A stretch of 28,877 bases of DNA, taken from Candidatus Bathyarchaeia archaeon. Lineage in GTDB: Archaea > Thermoproteota > Bathyarchaeia > Bathyarchaeales > Bathycorpusculaceae. The translations under genes and the position numbers were made by a program. Positions 18,952-27,846 of this stretch are shown here, in pieces (position 1 is the stretch's first letter; every line of letters begins with the position of its first letter). The DNA lies in contig JBBFKZ010000020.1 of NCBI GenBank assembly GCA_037481775.1, positions 1 to 28,877 of the forward strand. Reading direction: 5' to 3'. The notes beneath the pieces are model-generated. The model was not told the origin of the DNA. It saw only the letters and a program-made list of their open reading frames with translations, and made no database searches.

Positions 18952-21708
18952 ATGAAGAAAACAGCTCTGTTCGCGTTATTGGCGGCTTTAATTCTTTTAG
19001 CTGCTACTTTTAGTTTGCAATTTAATTGGAAAGCAGAAGCGAACTTCCTGCCATTGCCAACGCCTTCGCCCGCGTTTACCATAACAAGTGATGGTAGCAT
19101 AGAACCGGCAACAGCGCCAATTCAACGTTCAGAAAACACGTATACGCTTACTTCAGACATCTCGGGCTACACGATTGTGATCGAACGCGATTACGTTGTG
19201 TTTGACGGCGCAGGCCACACTATTATGGGCAACGGAAACTCTACAGGAATTTATCTTAGAAACAGACACGGCGTCACAATTAAAAATACTAGAGTAGTTA
19301 ATTTTGGCAGCGGCATAGAAGTTTTCTCTGAAACTTTTATGGGCGAAATGGGTTGCGATAACATATTTTTAGACAATGTCATTGAAAGCAATACTGTTGG
19401 AATATATTTAGGCAACTCGTATAATAATCTGCTAAGAAATAATAGTATGCGAAATAATAAGAGAAACCTCTGGGTAGCAGGTAACTACGTAAATGACATT
19501 GACGCTTCCAACACGGTGAACGGTAAGCCAGTAATATACTTGGTAAATCAAACAGGCCAAACTGTGTCGGCGGATGCCGGGTTTGTTGCGCTTATAAACT
19601 GTAAGAACATGAAAGTGCAAGGGTTAGACTTGACCAATAATGGAGACGGCATTTTGCTTGTTAACACAACCGACTCAGAGGTGGCTAAGAACAGCGTTAG
19701 AGAATGCGAGAAAGGCATTTATCTGATGAACTGCCAGCGCATACTCATCAGCGAAAACAATGTTGAAGGCAATGTCGAAGGCATACGTTTGGAAACTTCT
19801 CAAAGTTGCGTGATAACTTTGAATAACATAGCAGAAAACAAGCAGGGCGTTATTGGCCTGTCTTCAAGCGGCAATAGCTTTTTTGATAACGTGATTACGC
19901 GCAACTCTGAGGATGGATTTAACCTTTGTGGCGAGCTAAACTCAACCATCCGCAATAACAGTGTTGTTGACAATAACCAGACAGGCATAAACGTGTTTGA
20001 CTCCGCCGGCAATAGCATAGTAGCTAACAGGATAACGGGTACCATTGGAAGCGGAATCAAGTTATGGTATAACGCGAACAGCAACAAGATCCTGCAAAAT
20101 CAGCTAGCGGCCAACGGCATAGGAATATTGATATCCGATTCCGGGGATAATCTTTTGGTTGGAAATAATTTTACAGAAAACAGCGAATGGTGCTTACGTC
20201 TTGAAGGAACACAGAACAATAACAGGATTTACCTTAACAACTTTGTCAGCAGCAAAAGCGAACGCTTACCAGTTTCAATCCCCGGCATATGGTCACTACA
20301 AGAAACCAAGCCCGGCGGCGGAAACGTTTGGGACAACGGCACCGCTGGCAATTACTGGTCCGACTATACTATAAGGTATCCTAACGCTTCAGAAATTGGC
20401 AATTCAGGAGTAGGAGACACGCCTTACTATATCAACGAAAACAACATTGACCGTTACCCATTAATGAAGCCCGTTTCAGCCGCCATATTTGACGAAGTAG
20501 CTAGCGATGGGGATGATTGGTCTATGTTTAGAGCCAACGCGGCGCGAACAGGTTACGCTGAAGCTGAGGCGCCAGGCGGCAATCAGCTTTGTTGGAAGTT
20601 CAAAACTGGAGGCGAGGTTACTTCGTCTCCTGCCGTGGCTGACGGTAGGGTATATTTCAGTTCAGAAGACGGCTACCTGTATGCAATAGAGGTTGCTTCG
20701 GGCAGAGAAGTATGGCGAGTTCATCTAGGCGCAAACATAAGCTCGCCGGCGGTTGCTTCAGGTAAAGTTTTAGTGACTTGTAACGCAGGCGACATCGTCG
20801 CGGTTGACGCGAAGTCTGGAGCGCAGGTTTGGCGGCAGTCACTTGGAGAGGAGGCAGGGTTTGGTTCTCCGCTTGTGGTAGGCTCCCGCGTCTTCGTTAA
20901 CGGGAAACGTAGCGTACACGTATTTAATGCAGAGACAGGCGCTAATCTCTATAATGAAGAGGTAAATCGCCGCGTTTCAGGCGGAGTAGCGCCACTGGCT
21001 TATGATGGTAACCTTATTCTGGCTTTGGTTGCCGCGGGCGATATGCTTGGGTGCAACGCCTTTGAAGCCGTAAATGGCTATAGCCGCTTCTGGGTTACCA
21101 TCGGCCCTTCAAGCGTTAACTGGATTAGAAGCGGGCCAGCAGTAAGCGATGGCAAAGTGTTTGCAGTTAACGTTAGCCCAGAAGGCTACAGCACGGTTTA
21201 CGCCATGAATGAATTTGGAATGAATGCGTGGAATCAACAGTTAGATGGCGTCACTGAAGCTTCACCAGCTGTTGCCTACGGGCGAGTGTATGTGCCAACT
21301 GACAAGCATGTTTACGCGCTTAACGTCACCGATGGCACGGTAATGTGGAGTTATCCAGTGGATGGCAGGGGTTCTATTTCATCGCCTGCAGTAGCGGATG
21401 GAAAAGTGTTCTTCGGCCTTGATAACGGATGCATTTATGCGCTGGACGCGTACACTGGAGAGTTGGTTTGGGAATATAGGACAGGAGGCGCTGTGAGGTC
21501 TTCGCCTGCGATTTCAGACGGGCTGCTGTTTGTTGGCTCAAACGATGGGTATCTTTACGCAGTAGGGCGAAAGCCGGAGAAACCAGAAACGGGCACCACA
21601 TCGCCAAACATACAATACTTGTTTGCTTTAGGTGTCTCTGGTGTTTTGGTGGTTGCAGGTGTGCTTCTTTACTTTAAGAAGCATAAGCTTAAGGCGAACG
21701 ATGCATGA
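18952..21708 (+). CDS. NosD-like beta-helix plus PQQ-like (BamB-type) beta-propeller surface protein
   Basis: N-terminal PbH1 repeats ending GNYWSDY...GVGDTPY...DRYPL, then DWSMFRAN..RTG and repeated SSPAV.DG.V..G..DG.LYA...TG..W propeller blades, C-terminal TM plus YFKKHK. Confidence 0.88.
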   Translation: MKKTALFALLAALILLAATFSLQFNWKAEANFLPLPTPSPAFTITSDGSIEPATAPIQRSENTYTLTSDISGYTIVIERDYVVFDGAGHTIMGNGNSTGIYLRNRHGVTIKNTRVVNFGSGIEVFSETFMGEMGCDNIFLDNVIESNTVGIYLGNSYNNLLRNNSMRNNKRNLWVAGNYVNDIDASNTVNGKPVIYLVNQTGQTVSADAGFVALINCKNMKVQGLDLTNNGDGILLVNTTDSEVAKNSVRECEKGIYLMNCQRILISENNVEGNVEGIRLETSQSCVITLNNIAENKQGVIGLSSSGNSFFDNVITRNSEDGFNLCGELNSTIRNNSVVDNNQTGINVFDSAGNSIVANRITGTIGSGIKLWYNANSNKILQNQLAANGIGILISDSGDNLLVGNNFTENSEWCLRLEGTQNNNRIYLNNFVSSKSERLPVSIPGIWSLQETKPGGGNVWDNGTAGNYWSDYTIRYPNASEIGNSGVGDTPYYINENNIDRYPLMKPVSAAIFDEVASDGDDWSMFRANAARTGYAEAEAPGGNQLCWKFKTGGEVTSSPAVADGRVYFSSEDGYLYAIEVASGREVWRVHLGANISSPAVASGKVLVTCNAGDIVAVDAKSGAQVWRQSLGEEAGFGSPLVVGSRVFVNGKRSVHVFNAETGANLYNEEVNRRVSGGVAPLAYDGNLILALVAAGDMLGCNAFEAVNGYSRFWVTIGPSSVNWIRSGPAVSDGKVFAVNVSPEGYSTVYAMNEFGMNAWNQQLDGVTEASPAVAYGRVYVPTDKHVYALNVTDGTVMWSYPVDGRGSISSPAVADGKVFFGLDNGCIYALDAYTGELVWEYRTGGAVRSSPAISDGLLFVGSNDGYLYAVGRKPEKPETGTTSPNIQYLFALGVSGVLVVAGVLLYFKKHKLKANDA

Positions 21709-22172
21709 AGCGGCAATTCTGGATTATTATTACGATGCTTGTGGGTTTGGTGGTTGCTGGCGCGTTTTTCCTTAATCATGAACTTGTTGTTAAGTATATG
21801 TATCCGCATGATGCGCTCCACAGGGATGCTAACCTTGCTGTTAGGGGTATGGTTATTTCAGTTGAGCGGAATTATGTAACTCGCGGTTTAGTTGCCAGTA
21901 ACTATCATATTTATCGCGTCTTTATTCGGTTAAACATGACGGAAGTGCTGTGGACGAGTGAGGAGTATCTCAATTCCTCAGTAGGTGGGCGCATAGTTTT
22001 TGGCAGCAACATCATCTGCGTTGGTTACGATTATATGGATGATACTCAGCTTGTGGTAGGTCAGGAAATTGAATGTAAGGGTTTCTATCTTGGAGTAACT
22101 GACACTGCGTATTCTTTTGTTTTGACGGTTGCTCCAAGCATAAACGGTAGTTATCTCTGCCCAGTTGAGTAA
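21705..22172 (+). CDS. Hypothetical protein with N-terminal membrane anchor
   Basis: 155-aa ORF translationally coupled (ATGA overlap) to the upstream gene; hydrophobic N-terminus followed by a beta-rich body. Confidence 0.7.
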   Translation: MKRQFWIIITMLVGLVVAGAFFLNHELVVKYMYPHDALHRDANLAVRGMVISVERNYVTRGLVASNYHIYRVFIRLNMTEVLWTSEEYLNSSVGGRIVFGSNIICVGYDYMDDTQLVVGQEIECKGFYLGVTDTAYSFVLTVAPSINGSYLCPVE

Positions 22173-22199
22173 AATCGCTATCGTGCTTGTGAATGCGGT

Positions 22200-22592
22200 T
22201 TACGGTTCTTCTCGTGGTATACTCAGGTTATTGAAATGCTTATCGAATGAGAGTATAGCGTCCGCTTCTGTTGAAAGGGCAACAGCGTATTGAATTGCAT
22301 CGTCCATATCTAAAGCGTGTAATGTTGCAATTTCTACCGCGTTTAATTCATCTTTTAGCGTTGTATTGTATACCATTAATCCTTTGTAAGCAGTTAAGCT
22401 TAAAAGGAAAGTTTTAAGTTCATGCAGCTTGTTGAAGTTTCTCATTATCACTATAATTGAGTGTATGGTGAAATCTGTTATTATGCCAGTCTTTTCGCCT
22501 TTATAGAGGGCGGTTAAGAATTTTTTGCAGTCGTCTTTTCGGCTTCTTGATAGTAGGACTTCTAAAAAGATGTTAGTGTCAATTAGATACAT
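22200..22592 (-). CDS. vapC: PIN-domain (VapC-type) toxin
   Basis: MYLIDTNIFLE, LDMDDAIQYAVA and ILSFDKHF PIN motifs; ATG 22592 overlaps the end of the antitoxin gene by 14 nt. Confidence 0.88.
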   Translation of the reverse strand: MYLIDTNIFLEVLLSRSRKDDCKKFLTALYKGEKTGIITDFTIHSIIVIMRNFNKLHELKTFLLSLTAYKGLMVYNTTLKDELNAVEIATLHALDMDDAIQYAVALSTEADAILSFDKHFNNLSIPREEP

Positions 22593-22857
22593 TTTTGAGC
22601 GCCTTGGATGTCCAGTGTTTCTGGGTTTCATGTTGTAGCGTGACTGAATCTGTAGATATCTCTGAGAGAAGGCCTTCTATGGCTTCAACAGGGTCTTTGG
22701 TGAATTGTGGTTTTTCTTTTTCTTGAGTTAAGGTCCATTGTGTGAAGGCTTCTTCAGCGGCTTTACTTAATGCTCCTTTTGTGTAGCCGAATTTTTTCAT
22801 TGCCAATTCTCTGAATTTCTGCTCGAGATTCTTGCTTATTTGAACGCGAAGTGTCAT
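22579..22857 (-). CDS. Putative antitoxin with ribbon-helix-helix-like N-terminus
   Basis: MTLRVQISKNLEQKFRELAMKKFGYTKGALSKAAEEA is a beta-alpha-alpha pattern; 92 aa, directly upstream of and overlapping the PIN gene. Confidence 0.75.
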   Translation of the reverse strand: MTLRVQISKNLEQKFRELAMKKFGYTKGALSKAAEEAFTQWTLTQEKEKPQFTKDPVEAIEGLLSEISTDSVTLQHETQKHWTSKALKNVSN

Positions 22858-23006
22858 TAATTCGATCACTAAATGTCAAATGGTAATAAGGCGATATATC
22901 CTTTTTGCTAAATATCATGAGTGAGTCATTGAAGATGTTGAAAGAGTGCAGGTTCTTGTGGTTTCTGTGGATAGTTTTAAATTTGTTTGTTTTGCATGTA
23001 TGAGGC

Positions 23007-23600
23007 GTGGGCTGTGTGATGCTGTCGTCTCTTGTTGGTTTGGATCTTTCGGTCTTGGCGAGTTTGGCGCCGTATGTTTTGATTTTAGGAGGGGTTGTGG
23101 CTTTAGCTAAGCTTGTGGGTGTTTTCGCGAAGGGAGCGGTGGGCATGGTTGCGAAGGCTGTCGGCTTTTTTGGGTTTTTTGTTGGCATATTGCTGTTGGC
23201 GACGGGCGTGGTTGTGTTTCTCGGGCAGACTGGTGATTTTGAGGTTTGGGGTTTGCTTGTTGTTACGGGTTTAGGCTTGGTGCTTAAGCCTTTAAGTAAA
23301 GTGCCCTTCAGTGCCTTGTTGGGTTTAGCCGCAGGCTTAGCGTGTGCAGGGCTTTTGTACTGGTATTTCCCGTTGCCTGAGACTGTGCTGGGCATTTCCT
23401 CTATGTGGATTTATTTGGTGGTGTTTCTTGTTCCCGCCTTGATTGTGTTTTTGATTTTCAAGTTCGCGGAGGATTTGGCTAAGTTCTTCGGGATGATTTT
23501 GGGCTCTTGGCCTGTGATGGCGGTGCTGGGTTTGCTTTGCTTAGCGCAGGGAATTCTCCTACTAATGAATCAAAGTCTTCTATTGTTTTTTGGATTATGA
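23007..23600 (+). CDS. Hypothetical polytopic membrane protein
   Basis: 197-aa highly hydrophobic ORF (about 6 TM helices) followed by a T-rich tract at 23630-23642. Start may be ATG 23019. Confidence 0.75.
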   Translation: MGCVMLSSLVGLDLSVLASLAPYVLILGGVVALAKLVGVFAKGAVGMVAKAVGFFGFFVGILLLATGVVVFLGQTGDFEVWGLLVVTGLGLVLKPLSKVPFSALLGLAAGLACAGLLYWYFPLPETVLGISSMWIYLVVFLVPALIVFLIFKFAEDLAKFFGMILGSWPVMAVLGLLCLAQGILLLMNQSLLLFFGL

Positions 23601-23766
23601 AATCCAGCTGCATAGGAACCGAATAATGATTTTTTTATTTTTGATGCGGATTTCATGTATTATGAGGGGCCCATTGGCAAGTGGGTAAAGGCTATTTTTG
23701 GTAGTTTCCATGTTTTGATGGTGGAATAACGTTAGGGTTACAATAAAAAAGAGAGGGATGGGCGGA

Positions 23767-24583
23767 TTAAATTTGCAGGTTTATTTCAGGTATGCTGTTT
23801 CTCGGTTTTGAGCGGGGTCGCAGAAAGTATGAGCCCACTACAACTGCCACGGTTGTTAATAGAACGAAGGCAGTGACTGTTAAGGGTTCGGGTATGGTGT
23901 TCATGGTACCGACTTCTATGCCCCATTTGGTTGGGGAGTCACCAGAGTCTGGAGGCCATTCTATGACGCCGGTTGAGGCGTTGCTTGCATCGTAGGCTGC
24001 TACCCTAAGGCCAGGCTGATAGCCTGAGCCTGATATGTCGAATCTAGGGTTGGATTTGTTAATGGTTATTTCGATTATACAGTGTGCGTTGCTGTTTTGC
24101 GGGGATGAAGCGAGCGACTCAGCGATTTTTATGTCGCTTCCTTATGTGTAGTTGGTGAATTCAGTCCAGCCTGCGCCGTTGCCAACGTATATCTTCAGGC
24201 CCGTATAAGCGATGACCAGTATATTCGATTTTTACGTCGTCTGATTTGGGTGCTGTGCCGCCGTCTGCGTTGCAGTCGTAGCATATTTGTATGTAATCAG
24301 CGGTGTCATTGGTGTTGTCGTATAGGACTTCGATTATGAAGTGCTGCAGGATGTCTCCTGGGTAGGTCCACATTTCTTTCCAGAATAGGCCGCTGGGAAG
24401 TTTTGGCGGGATTCCGCCGCCGTTCCATTCGTTTGGGGTGGTGTATTTTCCGTCAATGGTGGGTGCAGTTTCTGTGTTGTAATTAGTGTTGGAGTAATCC
24501 GCATTAGCGGCGCTGGCAATAGATGTGCAGAGGACTAAACCGAATAACAGGAATAAGGTGACGAAACTTGTGGGTAGTTTCGA
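23767..24583 (-). pseudogene. Disrupted secreted protein gene (PTIDG...EW, DOMON/CBM9-like N-terminus; IPEP-TM-basic C-terminal anchor)
   Basis: Reconstructed reading: SD AGGAG, then TCG at 24583 (probable lost TTG), KLPTSFVTLFLLFGLVLCTSIASAA...APTIDGKYTTPNEW...VKIEYTGH. Frameshift near 24205, then GLKIYVGNGAGWTEFTNYT, in-frame TAA at 24142-24144, GSDIKIAES...LRVAAYDAS...WPP...IPEPLTVTAFVLLTTVAVVVGSYFLRPR...TAA 23767. Span 817 nt = 3n+1. Confidence 0.8.
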
Positions 24584-25131
24584 GGCTTTTTAATCTCCTA
24601 AAGTTTAAGTGGAGATTATTTATTGCGTTAATTCTTTTTAAAATTTTTTTATACTATAAAACAGGCGTTGAAAGTTTATGTGGAAAAATAGATTTGTTTT
24701 AATGTTGCTGTGTTAGTTTTTGCTTCAGCAGATCTGAAAAGCGGCGCCTTTTTATAATTGAGCGTGGTCCGCATTTTTCAACTTTGTTCTGGCTGGCAAC
24801 GTGGTGTCCGTTTTGATTTTAAGCGGTTTCCTGAGGTATCTGAGCAGTGCTTTGCGGTTCCATTCGCTTCAGTCTCTTTTTGTGCTGGATTACACTCCTG
24901 ATTTTGTAACTGGCGATCACCCGGTAGTAGCGGCCTTGGGTGTTCCTGTAGAGTCTTTGCCCTTTAGTTTTCAGTTTGGGTTTCTTTCGCAACTGCTTCA
25001 AGCCTCACTTCGCTTAATAGATTATCACGGAGACTCTTAAGCCTTGAGTCATTTTTGGTTTCGGGTTTGCTGCCTCGTGCTTTCCCTTGTGACTTTAATT
25101 TTAGCAGTAAAAATTAGGCTTTAGAAAACTT

Positions 25132-25178
25132 GAAAAAATAAAATGGGGAGGTGAGTTTCCCGTTTTCACGGGAGCCTC
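25132..25178 (-). terminator. GNRA hairpin plus oligo-T terminator of the large surface protein gene
   Basis: Minus strand TCCCGT-GAAA-ACGGGA (25173-25158) followed by TTTTATTTTTT (25143-25133), directly after stop codon 25184. Confidence 0.65.
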
Positions 25179-25183
25179 GTTGT

Positions 25184-27691
25184 TTACCCTGCTATTTTTC
25201 CACGGATGGTGATGACAGCGAAGATGGCTGCGATGGCGGCTACCAGTGAGAGGACAACCGCTACCCAGACAGCCATGGATACACCCTCAGCTGCTGCCTT
25301 GGCGGCTTCAGCTGCGGATGTAGCGTCTTCAATTGCACTCACGGCGCTGTCAGCAGAAGCCTTAGCTGCTTTAGCGGCATCTACTGCTGATTGAGCAGTA
25401 TTCTTTGCATCATTTGCTGCACTGATTGCGCTGTCTGCAGAAGCCTTCGCTGCGTCAGCGGATGCCTTAGCAGCGTCAGCAGCGGACTTTGCGGAGTTGG
25501 CGGCTGAGGATGCTGAACTAGCGGCTGAGGATGCTGAACTAGCGGCTGAAGCTGCTGAACTAGCGGCTGAAGCTGCGTTGGAAGCGGCAGTGTTAATGGC
25601 ATTTAACTGAGCGGTTATTGCTGTAAGTGAAGAGTTCAGTGCGTTTACTCTAGCGTTAAGTTGATCAATTGTCGCCATAAGGGACTCCAAAGTGGCTTTT
25701 TGGATTACGGCAAATTTGCCGCTACCTGTGAAGTCAGCGATTACTGCGATCCAAGTCCAGTTGCCTACTGCGGCGTCGGCTGGCAATGTGAACATTGTCT
25801 TACTGTATGGAAGCACCACTGCACCGGGTACACCTGTCCAATCTCCACTGGTAATAGAAATTGTATTGTAGACGTAGCCAGATGGATCTTTTACGACTAT
25901 GTATCCGCTGGCGGCGGCGGTGCTGGTGACGTAAAAGCTTACAGTGTCTCCTTGAACATAGGTAGTACTGCCAGTATTGATAGTAACAGCAAGTATTGCA
26001 ACAGTGAGGGTAGCTTCAGCTACCAGCCCATTTGCATCAGTGGCGTTAACGGTATACGTTCCTAGAGCCCATGTGCTTGATACAGTGAAGCTGCCTCTGA
26101 AGCTACCTGTAGCATTAGTCTCTATGGCGGTCCAGCCGCTTGCATTAGTTACGGTCAACGCACTGCTCCATGTTGCGTTTCTTATAGCAAAAGTTAACGC
26201 GGTACCAGCTGCACGAGTGAAGTAGTCGGCTGCGACTGCAACTGTTAATCCTCTAGAGGTGGTACTGGGGGTGAGGACTAGCTGTGTGGTTTGTGTGACT
26301 GTGAAGGTTGTTTGTGCAGATAAACCTCCACTGTCAACTGCGCGCACTGTGTAATCGCCTGTGGCTACGGTTGGGACTAAGAAGGCCTGCGTAAATGTCT
26401 TATCAGAGGCTACGGATGCACCTGTTATAACTTGCTTTGTACCTAAAGTGACATTAACTGTTCCACCAGCGGTGAAGCCATATCCTGTGACAGTTACATT
26501 AGTTCCTGTTGGACCACTTGCTGGAGACACCACTATGAGCGTTACTGCAAGTTTAAAGGTTGTAGTTGCAGTTAACCCATTTGCGTCAGTCGCAGTAACA
26601 TTGTAAGTTGCATCTGGAAGGTTTGGCACCGTGAAGCTACCGGAAAACGTTCCGTTATCTAGGGTCGAATATGTGCCGACGGTGAGCGCGCCAAATTTTA
26701 CAGTAACAACTGTTCCTGCGATTGCTGTAAAGTAGTGACCCACGATATTTACTGTAGAGCCTTGCTGTCCCGAGGTAGGTGTCAACGTTATAGTAGAAAC
26801 TTTCCCTGTTGAGACCGTGTAGGTTTCTGTAGCGTAGTAAGTTCCATCGGAAGCATTGACAGTCTTGGCACCTGCGGGGAGGGTTGGAATTATGATTTGC
26901 CCTGAGAAGGTGCCATCAGCATTTGTCTTTATAGGCGAGACCTGCGCAGCAGTAACACCGCCAACTGTGATGGTGACTGGAATGTTTGCTGTCTTGCTAA
27001 AGCCACGGCCAGTTACTGACACAACAGCGCCAGTTGGTCCAGAGTTAGGCGAAATGGTTATGGCTGCACCAACTGTAAAGCCCGCAGTTGCATTAATTGC
27101 AGGGTATGCGAGCGCAGTCGCGTTTACAGTATAGTCGCCATAATCAACAACGGGTACAGTAAAGTTAACTGAGAAGCTTCCTGAACTGGTGGCATTTACT
27201 GCAGCAACTTGCGCAGAGTATGTTCCATTTGTGAAGATTATTGTAACATTGCGTGCAGGGATTGTGTAATTAAATCCTGTACCTGTCACAGTAACAGTAT
27301 CGCCGGGAATTCCACGTGCAGGGCTAACAGTGATTTTCGGTGTTACGGTAAAAGCAACTCCAAGAGTTGTTCCAGTGGAGACATCTCTAACGATCACATA
27401 ATGCGTGCCAGCTGTTGTTTCAGGTATTGTAACTTTTGCCGAAAAAGCTCCAGTACCATCAGCATAGGTTGAGTTCAGAAGAGTCCCAGATAGCGTTTCC
27501 CAGTATAACTCTACAGGACCGCCAGCCGATGCCCCGGTTCCTGAAATTTCTGTCACTTGTCCAACAGGCCCTGAAGCGGGATTTGCAGTTGCGGAGAGGG
27601 CAGCACTTACTAGTGGTACTGCGGCAATTATCGTTGACAGCATGAGTAATGTTGTTATAAGCAGGGATAGTGTTTTCTTGCTTGTTTGCAT
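25184..27691 (-). CDS. Large cell-envelope glycoprotein: signal peptide, about 6-7 Ig-like repeats, Ala/Ser coiled-coil stalk, C-terminal TM anchor (S-layer / SlaB-like)
   Basis: Six repeats of about 90 aa with pattern P.SG..G..V...G.GF...G.FS..F.VP...G.Y.V.A.D..G...FTV, plus a seventh Y.QGDTV...VKDPSG domain. Many NxT sequons, an Ala-rich heptad region and terminal helix VWVAVVLSLVAAIAAIFAVITI. SD AGGAG. Confidence 0.85.
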   Translation of the reverse strand: MQTSKKTLSLLITTLLMLSTIIAAVPLVSAALSATANPASGPVGQVTEISGTGASAGGPVELYWETLSGTLLNSTYADGTGAFSAKVTIPETTAGTHYVIVRDVSTGTTLGVAFTVTPKITVSPARGIPGDTVTVTGTGFNYTIPARNVTIIFTNGTYSAQVAAVNATSSGSFSVNFTVPVVDYGDYTVNATALAYPAINATAGFTVGAAITISPNSGPTGAVVSVTGRGFSKTANIPVTITVGGVTAAQVSPIKTNADGTFSGQIIIPTLPAGAKTVNASDGTYYATETYTVSTGKVSTITLTPTSGQQGSTVNIVGHYFTAIAGTVVTVKFGALTVGTYSTLDNGTFSGSFTVPNLPDATYNVTATDANGLTATTTFKLAVTLIVVSPASGPTGTNVTVTGYGFTAGGTVNVTLGTKQVITGASVASDKTFTQAFLVPTVATGDYTVRAVDSGGLSAQTTFTVTQTTQLVLTPSTTSRGLTVAVAADYFTRAAGTALTFAIRNATWSSALTVTNASGWTAIETNATGSFRGSFTVSSTWALGTYTVNATDANGLVAEATLTVAILAVTINTGSTTYVQGDTVSFYVTSTAAASGYIVVKDPSGYVYNTISITSGDWTGVPGAVVLPYSKTMFTLPADAAVGNWTWIAVIADFTGSGKFAVIQKATLESLMATIDQLNARVNALNSSLTAITAQLNAINTAASNAASAASSAASAASSASSAASSASSAANSAKSAADAAKASADAAKASADSAISAANDAKNTAQSAVDAAKAAKASADSAVSAIEDATSAAEAAKAAAEGVSMAVWVAVVLSLVAAIAAIFAVITIRGKIAG
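25500..25583. repeat. Four tandem 21-bp units encoding heptads (ASSAASA-like)
   Basis: GCGGCTGAGGATGCTGAACTA x2 (25500-25541), GCGGCTGAAGCTGCTGAACTA (25542-25562), GCGGCTGAAGCTGCGTTGGAA (25563-25583). Confidence 0.9.
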
Positions 27692-27744
27692 TTTCGTATT
27701 TCTCCTATTTTATTACCTTTTTGTGCGTAACCTTATCTGCAGAC

Positions 27745-27757
27745 TTAATATTTATAC
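27745..27757 (-). promoter_or_regulatory. TATA box of the large surface protein gene
   Basis: Minus strand TATAAATATTAA, about 55-65 nt upstream of ATG 27691. Confidence 0.6.
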
Positions 27758-27804
27758 CTATTGTAGACAAAAATTAACCTGAGCTAGCAATTGTGCACAT
27801 TCTC

Positions 27805-27830
27805 AATACCCATGTATATACATGGATATT
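27805..27830. promoter_or_regulatory. Palindromic putative operator
   Basis: AATA-c-CCATGTATATACATGG-a-TATT: a perfect 16-bp palindrome (27810-27825) extending to 26 bp with one mismatched pair. Confidence 0.6.
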
Positions 27831-27846
27831 ATGCGGTGCAGGCAGT

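Noticed and set aside
22763-23395. 210-aa Lys/Pro/Thr-rich minus-strand ORF
   Set aside because: Antisense shadow of the hydrophobic membrane protein gene; it also overlaps the antitoxin gene.
24142-24144. Stop-codon recoding (Sec/Pyl) in the disrupted gene
   Set aside because: The codon is TAA, not TGA or TAG, and the gene carries an additional frameshift and start loss.
25500-25583. CRISPR-like repeat
   Set aside because: The units are contiguous with no spacers, in frame within a CDS, and no cas genes are present.
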